Shown here one piece after another: positions 28,065 through 37,356 of a stretch of DNA of 64,000 nt. The stretch lies in NCBI GenBank assembly GCA_044225555.1, contig JBGAIM010000001.1, positions 476,479-540,478 of the forward strand, in the 5' to 3' direction. Each line of letters starts with the position of its first letter. Within the stretch, counting starts at the first letter, position 1. The translations under genes were made by a program, and so were the position numbers. Under the pieces are notes generated by a model. It was not told the origin of the DNA, made no database searches, and was given only the letters and a program-made list of their open reading frames with translations. Source of the DNA: Limisphaerales bacterium (GTDB taxonomy: Bacteria; Verrucomicrobiota; Verrucomicrobiia; Limisphaerales; JADLHS01).

Positions 28065-28760
28065 TTATCGCGCCGGCAGGGTGCCAAAAACGCTGTTGGC
28101 GGCATACCTTCCGAAGCCGGTTGGTGAATGGAGGATGCTTCGGGAGTCCGCCAACTGCCACGGCAACTGATCCCGGGCCCGCTGAAAACGCCGGGCGTCA
28201 TTCGCCACCCCTGGCTCGTTCGCGTCGAAAACCTCGTCCACCGCCCAGACATACTCGGCTTTGTCCACCTCCACCAACTTGAGGCTCAACCCCACGGCCA
28301 AGGGTGGATACGCCCGAAACTGGGTCAGTCTCGTGAACAAGACCGCGTCACATTCCATTTCATCCCGCAATTGTTTCAGCAGACCGGCCGGGAGGGCAGT
28401 TTCGGCATTCCACGAGGAACGCCCCGTCAACGCCCGCAACTTCGCCGGCGAAACCCGCACCAATTCGAACTTATGAGTCCGCCCGAGTTCATCGGCGATG
28501 ACCGGTTCGAGCAACTCCCGCCCGGCATCCACATCGGGGTGGTCACCACTCCCGGTCGCGGGCAGCACGGCAACGCGCCGAACATGGACAGGAAGTTGTC
28601 GTAAGGACTGGTAAACATTTTTCGGGGTGTAGCCCGGACCCGTTACCGGATCGGTAAGCCGGGTCAGCGTGCAGCCGCTGGCAAGGCACAGCGCAGCGGA
28701 CAACAATGCCAGACGGAAGAACCCCCCGCGGTGGCGGCGAGCTTCGTTGAGAGTATTCAT
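28065..28760 (-). CDS. Putative lipoprotein in the fliD operon
   Basis: Basic N-terminus, hydrophobic stretch, lipobox LASG-C; RRVAVLP...DAVLF...L.L.LVEV...VW resembles CsgG/FlgO/DUF799-type folds. Confidence 0.65.
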   Translation of the reverse strand: MNTLNEARRHRGGFFRLALLSAALCLASGCTLTRLTDPVTGPGYTPKNVYQSLRQLPVHVRRVAVLPATGSGDHPDVDAGRELLEPVIADELGRTHKFELVRVSPAKLRALTGRSSWNAETALPAGLLKQLRDEMECDAVLFTRLTQFRAYPPLAVGLSLKLVEVDKAEYVWAVDEVFDANEPGVANDARRFQRARDQLPWQLADSRSILHSPTGFGRYAANSVFGTLPAR

Positions 28761-28785
28761 GGCAGGTTGTTCGGCAGCGGCACCA

Positions 28786-30507
28786 TTATTTCGAGGAACT
28801 CGACGACGAACTGCCAAATTGATTCTGGAGATACTGAAGTTGCTGATTAATCTGGGCTTGGGCCGTTTCCATGGCGATGAAGCTTTCAATCATCCGGGCG
28901 CGATTGGTCTGCACGATGCGCTCGAGGTCGGCAATCTGCGTATCAATATCCGTCGATTGCCTGGTGAGATTGTCCTGCTTGACCAGGAGCGTGCCCGCTT
29001 CCCCGATGGTCTTTTCCAGGTAGGCACTCAACTTGGTGGCCAGGCCGGTCGTCGTGTCGGCGAAAAGCGTGCGAACAGTCGTCAGGTTGTCGGCTAGTGC
29101 GGCATCGAGTTTGGTTTCGTTGTCGAGTTTGATCGAATTGTCGTTGCCGTTGGAGCCAATGCCGAGGTCTTCCAACTGGTTCAGCACCGCCGCCAGACCG
29201 CTGATCTCACCCGTCACCCCGCGGCGCAGGCGCGTGGCGATGTCGCTGGCCTCGCCATCTCGGGCGAGAATGCCCGCCGTGACCTTGCCTTTGGCATCGG
29301 TCGAACTGGCGGTTTGAGAATCAATGACGCTTTGGACCTTGTTGTACGCGGCGATGAAATCGTTGATGGCGGTTTTGACCTTGGAGGTGTCGCTGGTTAC
29401 CGAAACCGTTGTCGCGCCCGCCGCCAGGACCGTAACCGAGAGACCGGCAATGCTGGAACTGTTCTCGGTGATGGTATTTGACTGGCTCACCAACTGGCCA
29501 CCACCGTCCACCGAGTAAAGCAGGTTCTGACCGCGAGCGAGGGTGCCGCCCGTCAGACCGCTGGCGGCAAGAAAATTCCCGGTCACATCCTGCAGCGCAA
29601 TGCCAATGTCGCCGGTGCCCTTGTTGCTCAAAGTGAAACGGTCATTCACCGTGTCGTAACTCGCAATGACGCCCGCCGAAGAATCGTTGATGCGCTTGAG
29701 CACCGCCGCCACGGTGTCTGTGGCGGCGAAAGTGATGGACACCCCGTTGATCTTGAATTCACCTGCGCCCGCCCCTCCGTCGGAGACCGCTGTGGCGAAG
29801 TTCGCCGAGCTGAGGCTGGCGGATTGCTTGATGACGCCGAGTTGCGCCGAGCTGGTGATGGTCCCGGTCCCGTTGTTATTCAGGCGGGCGACCTGGAGAA
29901 AATTGCTCGAGTCCGTGGCACTACCCAGGATGATCGGACTGCCGCTCGAAAGTGAGATCCGATCGGTGGTGGAATCATAGTTACCAGTCACCGCGCCGCT
30001 CGTGGCGGTGCTGATCTTGTTGAACACATCCTGCAACGTGTCCGTGGTGGCAATGGTGATCTGCTGACCGTTGACGGTGAGGGTGCCAGCGGTCACCGCC
30101 GTGGCAAACGCTGCGTTACTGAGCACCAGTCCACTCACATCGTTTGTCAGGCTCAAGGAACTGCCAGCGCCAGCAGTGCCGACTTGCTTCGCCGCCGTGG
30201 CGAGCTGGGTAATGTTGAAGTTGTAAGTGCCCAACGCCGTCCCCGCTCCGGCCGTGGCAGAGGCGAGTGCGGAATCCGAAGTCGTCGTCAGCCGGCTGTC
30301 AAAGAGAGAGGAGTCACCGAGCGCCTGGACCCGGTTCTGGAGCACCGCCATCTCGGTCTTGATGGTGGAATAGGCGCTGTTCTGCTGCCCGAGCGTGCTT
30401 TGCTCGGTGCGCAGACGCGTCTGGGGCGCACGCTCCGCCTCGGCCAGTTGGTCCACCAGCGAGCGCCAATCCAATCCTGAGACTAATCCCGACAAGCCTA
30501 AGTCCAT
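28786..30507 (-). CDS. fliD: Flagellar filament cap protein FliD
   Basis: GLSGLVSGLD...LV.QL..AER.P, TQLATA, SQSNT, I.DFI.AYN, F.AME.A..Q.N.Q. Confidence 0.95.
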   Translation of the reverse strand: MDLGLSGLVSGLDWRSLVDQLAEAERAPQTRLRTEQSTLGQQNSAYSTIKTEMAVLQNRVQALGDSSLFDSRLTTTSDSALASATAGAGTALGTYNFNITQLATAAKQVGTAGAGSSLSLTNDVSGLVLSNAAFATAVTAGTLTVNGQQITIATTDTLQDVFNKISTATSGAVTGNYDSTTDRISLSSGSPIILGSATDSSNFLQVARLNNNGTGTITSSAQLGVIKQSASLSSANFATAVSDGGAGAGEFKINGVSITFAATDTVAAVLKRINDSSAGVIASYDTVNDRFTLSNKGTGDIGIALQDVTGNFLAASGLTGGTLARGQNLLYSVDGGGQLVSQSNTITENSSSIAGLSVTVLAAGATTVSVTSDTSKVKTAINDFIAAYNKVQSVIDSQTASSTDAKGKVTAGILARDGEASDIATRLRRGVTGEISGLAAVLNQLEDLGIGSNGNDNSIKLDNETKLDAALADNLTTVRTLFADTTTGLATKLSAYLEKTIGEAGTLLVKQDNLTRQSTDIDTQIADLERIVQTNRARMIESFIAMETAQAQINQQLQYLQNQFGSSSSSSSK

Positions 30508-30516
30508 ACATCGCCT

Positions 30517-30544
30517 CTATCGGCAGGAAGCGTTGGTCACTTTA
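30517..30544 (-). promoter_or_regulatory. Sigma28 promoter of fliD
   Basis: TAAA-N16-GCCGATAG on minus strand. Confidence 0.65.
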
Positions 30545-30550
30545 GCGCTA

Positions 30551-30600
30551 ACTACAAAAACGTTGCCCGGACGGCACCCTAAGGCGCCGTCCGGGCGATT
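30551..30600 (-). terminator. Intrinsic terminator after flagellin 1
   Basis: Stem GCCCGGACGGC/GCCGTCCGGGC, followed on the minus strand by AACGTTTTTG. Confidence 0.75.
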
Positions 30601-30623
30601 AGCGACGAACCGGGCCGTGCTCC

Positions 30624-31415
30624 TTATTGGAGGAGACGCAGCGCGGATTGCGGAGTCGCATTTGCCTGCGCCAACATCGCCGTGCCTGCCTGTACGAGGA
30701 TGTTGTTACGGGCAAATTTCGTGCTTTCTTCGGCCACATCCACGTCCTTGATGCGGCTGTTCGCAGCGGTCAGGTTGTCCTTCAGCACTGCCAACTGATC
30801 GCTGTAGGAGGTGAGCACCGAGATGTTCGCACCCACCGTGGCGCGAGCGGACGCGACCGCGTCGATCTGCGTGGCTACGGCCGTCTGGGCCGCAATGGCG
30901 CCAACGGATGTTGCCACCGTCCCACCCGGGTCGAAGGCCGCTGCATCCACACCAGCCATCGAGAACGTGGCACCTTCGCTGTCCACGGTCACGCTGTTCG
31001 CGGTGGCGCTGAAGAGCGTCACGCCGTTGAACTCCTTGCCAGCCAGGTCGGTGATGAATGCATTTTGGGCCGCGTACTCGGTTTGATACAGAGCCCGGTC
31101 TGCATCACTCTTCGTCACGTCCTGCGCCATGACCGACAGTTCGCTCATCCGGTCCAGGGCTTTGGCCATCTTGGCCAGATAACCATCCTGGGTCTGGCTG
31201 AACGAGACGGCGTTGTTGACGTTGTTGCTGACCGCGCCGATCCGGTTGATCTGCGCGTCGAAACGCGAAGAAACCGCGAGGCCGGCGGCGTCGTCTTCCG
31301 GTGAAACGATCTTCAGACCGGAGGAGAGACGGGCCAACGACTTGTTCAGGGCACTGGTGGATTCCGCGAGCAGGCGGGCGCCTGTCTGAGCTGCGATGTT
31401 TGTGTTGATGACCAT
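30624..31415 (-). CDS. fliC: Flagellin 1 (minimal, 263 aa)
   Basis: MVINTN...LARLSSGLKI..P.DDAAGLAVS, SRIKDVDVAEE...IL.QAGTAMLAQAN..PQ..L.LL. Confidence 0.97.
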   Translation of the reverse strand: MVINTNIAAQTGARLLAESTSALNKSLARLSSGLKIVSPEDDAAGLAVSSRFDAQINRIGAVSNNVNNAVSFSQTQDGYLAKMAKALDRMSELSVMAQDVTKSDADRALYQTEYAAQNAFITDLAGKEFNGVTLFSATANSVTVDSEGATFSMAGVDAAAFDPGGTVATSVGAIAAQTAVATQIDAVASARATVGANISVLTSYSDQLAVLKDNLTAANSRIKDVDVAEESTKFARNNILVQAGTAMLAQANATPQSALRLLQ

Positions 31416-31560
31416 ACTATTACTCTTTCCTTGAGTAGGTCCCGGTAAGGGGACTCCTTGTTGAAACACGGCATCCCTGCCGTGTGGTGAAGTTTGGCTA
31501 GGGCCTTCACCGTTTTCCCCGCTGACTCTTTGTGGCTGCCAGCCGCCTGTCACTAGACAA
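31416..31560 (-). promoter_or_regulatory. Structured flagellin 5' leader with CsrA-type GGA hairpins (copy 1)
   Basis: CACGGC-AGGGAU-GCCGUG and UACUC-AAGGAAA-GAGUA hairpins plus three upstream stems conserved with copy 2. Confidence 0.7.
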
Positions 31561-31565
31561 CCTCA

Positions 31566-31592
31566 CTATCGGCAGGCTTGAAAAAAACTTAA
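31566..31592 (-). promoter_or_regulatory. Sigma28 promoter of flagellin 1
   Basis: TTAAGTTT-N11-GCCGATAG. Confidence 0.8.
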
Positions 31593-31696
31593 ACGCCCTG
31601 TCCGCCCCCGGGACACCTGTTGTTGAACGCTGATTTTCAACTGAATCGAACTAGATTGCCCCGGGTCGCCCCGGGGACTGCGTCCCGATTTGCGGC

Positions 31697-31732
31697 AAAA
31701 AAGAACCGCGCCCGGCGAAGGCCGGGCGCGGG
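31697..31732 (-). terminator. Intrinsic terminator after flagellin 2
   Basis: CCGCGCCCGGC-CTTC-GCCGGGCGCGG then TTCTTTTTT on minus strand. Confidence 0.85.
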
Positions 31733-31757
31733 TATGGAGGTCCCACTCCCCTTGGAC

Positions 31758-32549
31758 TTACTGGATAAGCTTGAGAACCGACTGCGGCACCGAATTGGCC
31801 TGCGCCAACATCGCCGTGCCTGCTTGGACCAGGATGTTGGAACGCGCGAAGTTCGTGCTTTCTTCGGCCACGTCCACGTCCTTGATGCGGCTGTTGGCCG
31901 CGCTCAGGTTGTCGCGCAAGACGGCCAGCTGGTCGTTATACGCCGTGAGCACCGAGATGCTGGCCCCAACCGTGGCACGGTCGCCGGCCACGGTATCAAT
32001 CATGGTTTTCACGGCAGCTTGAGCCGCCGCCGCACCGGTTGACAGATTGGACCCCGTCAGATCGTAGGCGGTGGCCGAGCCGACGCCCGTCATGGCGAAG
32101 GTCGCGCCTTCGCTGTCCACGGTCACGTTCTTGGCCGTGGCGGTGAAGAGCGTGACGCCGTTGAATTGTTTGGCCGCCAGGTCGTTGATAAATGCGGCTT
32201 GGGCGGCAAACTCCGTTTGATACAGGGCAATGTCCGCCGCGCCCTTCGTCACGTCTTGCGACATGACCGAGAGTTCGCTCATGCGATCCAACGCCTTGGC
32301 GATCTTCTTGAGGTAACCGTCCTGCGTCTGACTGAAGGAGACGGCGTTGCTGACGTTGCTGGTGACGGCGTTGATGCGGTTGATCTGCGCGTCGAAACGC
32401 GATGAAACCGCCAAGCCCGCAGCGTCATCTTCCGGTGAAACGATCTTGAGACCGGAGGACAGACGAGCGAGGGACTTGTTCAAGGCCCGGGTGGAATCGG
32501 CAAGCAGGCGGGCGCCCGTTTGCGCGGCGAGGTTTGTATTGATGATCAT
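31758..32549 (-). CDS. fliC: Flagellin 2 (minimal, 263 aa)
   Basis: MIINTN...; same length as flagellin 1 and closely paralogous. Confidence 0.97.
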   Translation of the reverse strand: MIINTNLAAQTGARLLADSTRALNKSLARLSSGLKIVSPEDDAAGLAVSSRFDAQINRINAVTSNVSNAVSFSQTQDGYLKKIAKALDRMSELSVMSQDVTKGAADIALYQTEFAAQAAFINDLAAKQFNGVTLFTATAKNVTVDSEGATFAMTGVGSATAYDLTGSNLSTGAAAAQAAVKTMIDTVAGDRATVGASISVLTAYNDQLAVLRDNLSAANSRIKDVDVAEESTNFARSNILVQAGTAMLAQANSVPQSVLKLIQ

Positions 32550-32690
32550 AACTCTTTCCGTGAGTCGCCCTTTCGGGCATTTGTTCGGGACACAGCGTCC
32601 TTGCTGTGGATGAAACTTTTTTGGGGGCATTCACCGTTATCCCCGCCGGCGTTTTCTGGTGGCCGGCCACCTGTCATTGTGCGACAGGCA
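32550..32690 (-). promoter_or_regulatory. Structured flagellin 5' leader with CsrA-type GGA hairpins (copy 2)
   Basis: CACAGC-AAGGAC-GCUGUG and ACUC-ACGGAAA-GAGU hairpins plus conserved upstream stems. Confidence 0.7.
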
Positions 32691-32692
32691 GT

Positions 32693-32719
32693 TCATCGGC
32701 GGGCGGGAGAAAACCTTTA
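32693..32719 (-). promoter_or_regulatory. Sigma28 promoter of flagellin 2
   Basis: TAAA-N15-GCCGATGA. Confidence 0.8.
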
Positions 32720-32798
32720 GCGACCAGTCAGAAAATCTTCGCAAACAAATCGGCAGCAACAGCCGGACAGTTGGACTCGGAATTTAAGATTTGAATCT

Positions 32799-34172
32799 TC
32801 ACCTCGGATCCACCTCAAACCCTTGCTCGCGGAAGCGCTGCAATTTGTAAATCAACGCCCGCCGGCTGATGCCCAACGCCTTCGCCGTTTCGGTGCGGTT
32901 CTGACCGTGCTCGCGCAAGGCCTGCAGGATGGCCTGGCGTTCGATTTCTTCCAGTCGTTGCGCATCAGGCATGTCCAATGTGGCCGGGGATTGTTCTACC
33001 GAGCCGCGTACGCGGGCGGGCAGATGTTCCGGCAAAATCATTTCGCCCCGCGACAACAAGGCCGCCCGCTCCATCGCGTTGCGCAATTCACGGACGTTCC
33101 CCGGCCACGAGTAACGCGCGAGCCCATCTGCCACCGCCGCCGAAAACCGCGCCTTGCCCTGCGAGAATTCCGCGACGAAGTGGCTGGCCAGCGCGAGGAT
33201 GTCCTCCGGTCGCTCGCGCAACGGGGGAATGTTCAACTCCACCACGTTCAATCGGTAAAACAGGTCCTCGCGAAAGCCGCCCGCCTTGACCTGCTCCTCG
33301 AGATTTTTGTTGGTCGCCGCGAGGATGCGCGCGTTCGTCTGCAATTCGCGGTTCGAGCCGACGCGGTTGAAACAACCATTCTGCGTCACCCGCAGCAGCT
33401 TCGATTGCAGCGGCGGGGACATATCGCCGATCTCGTCCAGAAAGATCGTCCCGCCGTTCGCCTCTTCGAACCGGCCGATGCGTTGGGCCACTGCGCTCGT
33501 GAAGGCGCCCTTTTCGTGACCGAACAATTCCGTTTCCAGCAGGGCTTCGGGAATCGCCGCGCAATTCACCTTCACCAGCGGCCCTTTCGCCCGCGCGCTC
33601 CAGGCATGAATGACATCGGCCAGCACTTCCTTGCCCACACCACTCTCACCCGTGATCAACACCCGGCTCTCGGACGGTGCGATCAACGACGCGTCGCGGA
33701 ATACCGCCAGCATCAACGGGCTGTGGGCGATCACGTTTGGCGGCAATTCCTTGTCCGGGCCGAAGTCGGCGACCGGCGGTTTTGAAACGCCCGTGACCTT
33801 CTGGACCGTGGCCAGTAGTTCATCCAGGTCAATTGGCTTGGCGAGATAATTCACCGCGCCGTCACGCATCGCGCCCACGGCTTCGCGGATGTCCGCGTAG
33901 GCGGTCACCAATAGCACCGGCAACATTGAATTCTGTTCACGCGCCCGCTTCAGAGTTTCCAATCCGGAAATACCCGGCATCCGCACGTCGGAAATCATCA
34001 TGCTGAATTCACCCGACCGCAGCGTCTCCAGTGCGCGTTCGCCAGAGTCAGCGGTCACGATGTCGAAGCCCTGGCCCTTGAGAAAAGAGGAAAGCAAGCT
34101 GCGCTGGCCCGCATCGTCGTCCACGATAAGCACGCGGGGCGACTTGGAAAATTTGCGGGTGTCAGATGCCAC
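32799..34172 (-). CDS. Sigma54-dependent NtrC-family response regulator (REC-AAA+-Fis HTH)
   Basis: GESGVGKE, ELFGHEKGAFTSA, FLDEIG, FREDLFYRLNV, WPGNVREL, TAKALGISRR.L.YK. Confidence 0.94.
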   Translation of the reverse strand: MASDTRKFSKSPRVLIVDDDAGQRSLLSSFLKGQGFDIVTADSGERALETLRSGEFSMMISDVRMPGISGLETLKRAREQNSMLPVLLVTAYADIREAVGAMRDGAVNYLAKPIDLDELLATVQKVTGVSKPPVADFGPDKELPPNVIAHSPLMLAVFRDASLIAPSESRVLITGESGVGKEVLADVIHAWSARAKGPLVKVNCAAIPEALLETELFGHEKGAFTSAVAQRIGRFEEANGGTIFLDEIGDMSPPLQSKLLRVTQNGCFNRVGSNRELQTNARILAATNKNLEEQVKAGGFREDLFYRLNVVELNIPPLRERPEDILALASHFVAEFSQGKARFSAAVADGLARYSWPGNVRELRNAMERAALLSRGEMILPEHLPARVRGSVEQSPATLDMPDAQRLEEIERQAILQALREHGQNRTETAKALGISRRALIYKLQRFREQGFEVDPR

Positions 34173-34230
34173 GCGGCGACTCTAGCACCTTCGATTTGTA
34201 ACTATCAAGCAGGCGCTGACTGTGGAAGGT

Positions 34231-35574
34231 TCAACGGCCCAACATTCCCGGCATCGCGCCGCCCATTCGGCCCATCATCTTCGAGAACTTGCCCATCTTT
34301 TTCATCATCTGCTGCATCTGGGAAAACTTGTTCAGCATGGTATTGAGTTCAGTTACGCTCACCCCGCTGCCCGCGGCGATGCGACGACGGCGGGCGGCAT
34401 TCAAAATCTGTGGACTCTTGCGCTCTTTGGGCGTCATGCCACAAATCATCGCCTCCATGTGTTTGAATTCCTTTTCCTGCTTCGTCATGTCCTGCCCTTG
34501 CAGCGCTTGTGCCCCGCCCGGCAGCATCTTCACCAAGTTCTCCAGCGGCCCGAGCTTCTTCATCTGGCGCAATTGTTCCAGGAAATCTTCCAACGTGAAC
34601 TCGCCTTTGCGCATCTTTTCCTCCATGCGCTTGGCATCCTCGAGGTCCACGGCTTCCGCCGCCTTTTCAACCAAACTGACCACGTCCCCCATCCCTAGGA
34701 TGCGCGAGGCCATGCGTTCGGGATGAAACGGCTCGAACTCGTCGAGCTTTTCACCTACACCGGCAAACTTGATCGGCTTGCCCGTGACGGCTTTCATACT
34801 CAAGGCCGCGCCGCCGCGCGCGTCACCGTCGAGCTTGGTCAGGATTGAACCCGTAATGTTCAACGCCTGATCAAAATGCGTGGCGACATTCACCGCCTCC
34901 TGGCCGGTCGCAGCGTCCAACACCAGCAGAATTTCCTGCGGCTTCACGAGGTCACGCAGGCGAACGAGTTCCTGCACGAGCGGCTCGTCAATCTGGAGGC
35001 GGCCAGCGGTGTCGAAGATGATGGTGTTGTGATTGTTTGCCTTTGCGAAGTCGAGCGCTCCGCGGGCGATCTTCACCACGTCCTTCTCACCGCGCTGAAC
35101 GAACACCGGCAGATTGAGCTGCTTGCCGAGCGTTTCGAGCTGGTCCATCGCCGCCGGGCGATACACATCCGCCGCCACCAGCAACGGCTGCCGACCTTGC
35201 TTCTGGATCAACCGGGCGAGTTTGCCGGAGGAAGTGGTTTTGCCGGCGCCATGCAAACCAACCATCATGATGGAACTCGGATTGCCCGAGAAATTGAGGC
35301 CGGCGTTCTGCGAGCCGAGCAGTTCCGTCAGCTCGTCCGCGATGATCTTGACGATCTGCTGGCCAGGTTGGACGCTCTGGATGACCTCCGCGCCGACGGA
35401 CTTGGCTTTGACGCGCTCGATGAAGTCGCGGGCGACCTTGAAGTTCACATCGGCTTCCAGGAGTGCCATGCGCACGTCGCGGAGCGCATCGCTGACGTTG
35501 CTCTCGGAAATCTTGCCGAGGCCGCGCAGGTTGCGAAAGGCGTTCTGGAGCTTGTTACTGAGCGAATCGAACAT
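34231..35574 (-). CDS. ffh: Signal recognition particle protein
   Basis: ALLEADV, G..GAGKTT, DTAGR, TKLDGDARGG, PERMASRILGMGD, Met-rich M domain. Confidence 0.98.
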   Translation of the reverse strand: MFDSLSNKLQNAFRNLRGLGKISESNVSDALRDVRMALLEADVNFKVARDFIERVKAKSVGAEVIQSVQPGQQIVKIIADELTELLGSQNAGLNFSGNPSSIMMVGLHGAGKTTSSGKLARLIQKQGRQPLLVAADVYRPAAMDQLETLGKQLNLPVFVQRGEKDVVKIARGALDFAKANNHNTIIFDTAGRLQIDEPLVQELVRLRDLVKPQEILLVLDAATGQEAVNVATHFDQALNITGSILTKLDGDARGGAALSMKAVTGKPIKFAGVGEKLDEFEPFHPERMASRILGMGDVVSLVEKAAEAVDLEDAKRMEEKMRKGEFTLEDFLEQLRQMKKLGPLENLVKMLPGGAQALQGQDMTKQEKEFKHMEAMICGMTPKERKSPQILNAARRRRIAAGSGVSVTELNTMLNKFSQMQQMMKKMGKFSKMMGRMGGAMPGMLGR

Positions 35575-35652
35575 CGGGTCACACTAGCAAGTGTGCGCGG
35601 ATTGACAAGACCGGCGCGTTCTGGCTTAATCTGCGGCCCATTGGCTTTCGGT

Positions 35653-35738
<86 letters not shown>

Positions 35739-35792
35739 CTTTTTTATTTGCCGATTGAACTCGCGTCGGCGCTTCCGCAGATTGTCTCCTGC

Positions 35793-37343
35793 ATGAACAA
35801 GATTTCGCGCGCGTTACTTTCCGTCTCCGATAAAACCGGCCTCGTTCCGTTTGCCCAAGCCCTGGCAGCGGCCAAAGTAGAATTGATCTCCACTGGCGGC
35901 ACCGCCAAAGCCCTCCGCGACGCCGGGCTCACCGTGAAGGACATCAGCGAACACACCGGCTTTCCGGAAATGCTCGATGGCCGGGTCAAGACGCTGCACC
36001 CGAAAGTTCATGGCGGCTTGCTCTACATCCGGGGCAACGCCCAACATGAAGCGGCGGTGAACGAACACAGCATCACCCCGATTGATCTCGTGGTGGTGAA
36101 TCTCTATCCCTTCGAGGCCACCGTCGCCAAGCCGAACGTCGCGCTGCACGACGCGATTGAGAACATTGACATCGGCGGGCCGTCCATGCTGCGCAGTGCC
36201 GCCAAGAACCACGACAGCGTGACTGTCGTTGTGGACCCGTTCGACTACGCTGAAGTCGCCAAACAAATCGGCGCGACCGGCAACACGACCTTGGAATTGC
36301 GCCGCACGCTCGCGGCCAAGGTCTATGCCCGCACCGCCGCCTACGACGCGGCCATCGCCGCGCATTTGCAGAAGGAATTTGCCGCCGACAAAAAGGCGCT
36401 GCCGGTGACGCTCACTATTTCCGCACCGCTGGTGCAAACACTGCGCTACGGCGAGAATCCGCACCAGACGGCGGCGCTCTACGGAAAGTTCGGCGAGTTC
36501 TTCAACCAACTGCACGGCAAGGAACTTTCCTACAACAACATTCTCGACCTCACTGCAGCGGCGGCACTGATCGCCGAGTTTGAAGGCGAGTCGCCAACGC
36601 TGGCGATTCTCAAGCACACGAATCCCTGCGGCGTGGGGCAGGGGACAACTCTGCGTGAAGCCTGGGACAAAGCGTTTGCGACCGACAAACAAGCGCCATT
36701 TGGCGGTATCATCGCCGTGAATCGCCCCCTCGACGCGGCCTGCGCCGAGGCCATCGCGGAGATCTTCAGCGAAGTGATTGTGGCGCCCGACTTCACGCCG
36801 GAAGCGCTGGCAGTTTTGCAAAAGAAGAAAAACCTTCGCCTGCTCAAGGTTTTAAAATCGCCGCTGGCCGGCACGGCGCGTGATCTCAGGAGCGTTGGTG
36901 CGAATTCCTTCCTGGTGCAGGAACGTGATCTCAAAGTGACCGGGACGGCAGATTTGAAAATCGTCACCAAGCGCCAACCTACTGAGGCCGAGTTGAAAGC
37001 CATGCTGTTTGGCTGGCGCGTGGTGAAGCATGTGAAGTCAAACGCGATTGTCTATACCGGCGCGGACCGCACGCTCGGTGTCGGCGCCGGCCAGATGAGC
37101 CGCGTAGATTCCAGCCGCATCGCCGTGTGGAAGGCCGGCGAGGCGAAGCTGCCGCTCCAAGGCAGCGTGGTTTGCAGTGACGCGTTCTTCCCGTTTCCTG
37201 ACGGGCTCATCGCCGCTGCCGATGCGGGCGCCACCGCCGCTATTCAACCGGGCGGGTCAGTGAAAGATGCCGAAGTCATCGCCGCCGCCGATCAACGCGG
37301 CATGGTGATGGCATTCACCGGTGTGCGGCATTTTCGGCACTGA
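35793..37343 (+). CDS. purH: Bifunctional AICAR transformylase/IMP cyclohydrolase
   Basis: [52 protein letters not shown]. Confidence 0.98.
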   Translation: MNKISRALLSVSDKTGLVPFAQALAAAKVELISTGGTAKALRDAGLTVKDISEHTGFPEMLDGRVKTLHPKVHGGLLYIRGNAQHEAAVNEHSITPIDLVVVNLYPFEATVAKPNVALHDAIENIDIGGPSMLRSAAKNHDSVTVVVDPFDYAEVAKQIGATGNTTLELRRTLAAKVYARTAAYDAAIAAHLQKEFAADKKALPVTLTISAPLVQTLRYGENPHQTAALYGKFGEFFNQLHGKELSYNNILDLTAAAALIAEFEGESPTLAILKHTNPCGVGQGTTLREAWDKAFATDKQAPFGGIIAVNRPLDAACAEAIAEIFSEVIVAPDFTPEALAVLQKKKNLRLLKVLKSPLAGTARDLRSVGANSFLVQERDLKVTGTADLKIVTKRQPTEAELKAMLFGWRVVKHVKSNAIVYTGADRTLGVGAGQMSRVDSSRIAVWKAGEAKLPLQGSVVCSDAFFPFPDGLIAAADAGATAAIQPGGSVKDAEVIAAADQRGMVMAFTGVRHFRH

Positions 37344-37356
37344 AATCACCAATTCC

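Noticed and set aside
31416-32690. c-di-GMP-I or -II riboswitch in the flagellin leaders
   Set aside because: The GCAAA/GNRA-receptor core of class I and the GGGCAC/GUGC pseudoknot of class II are not present
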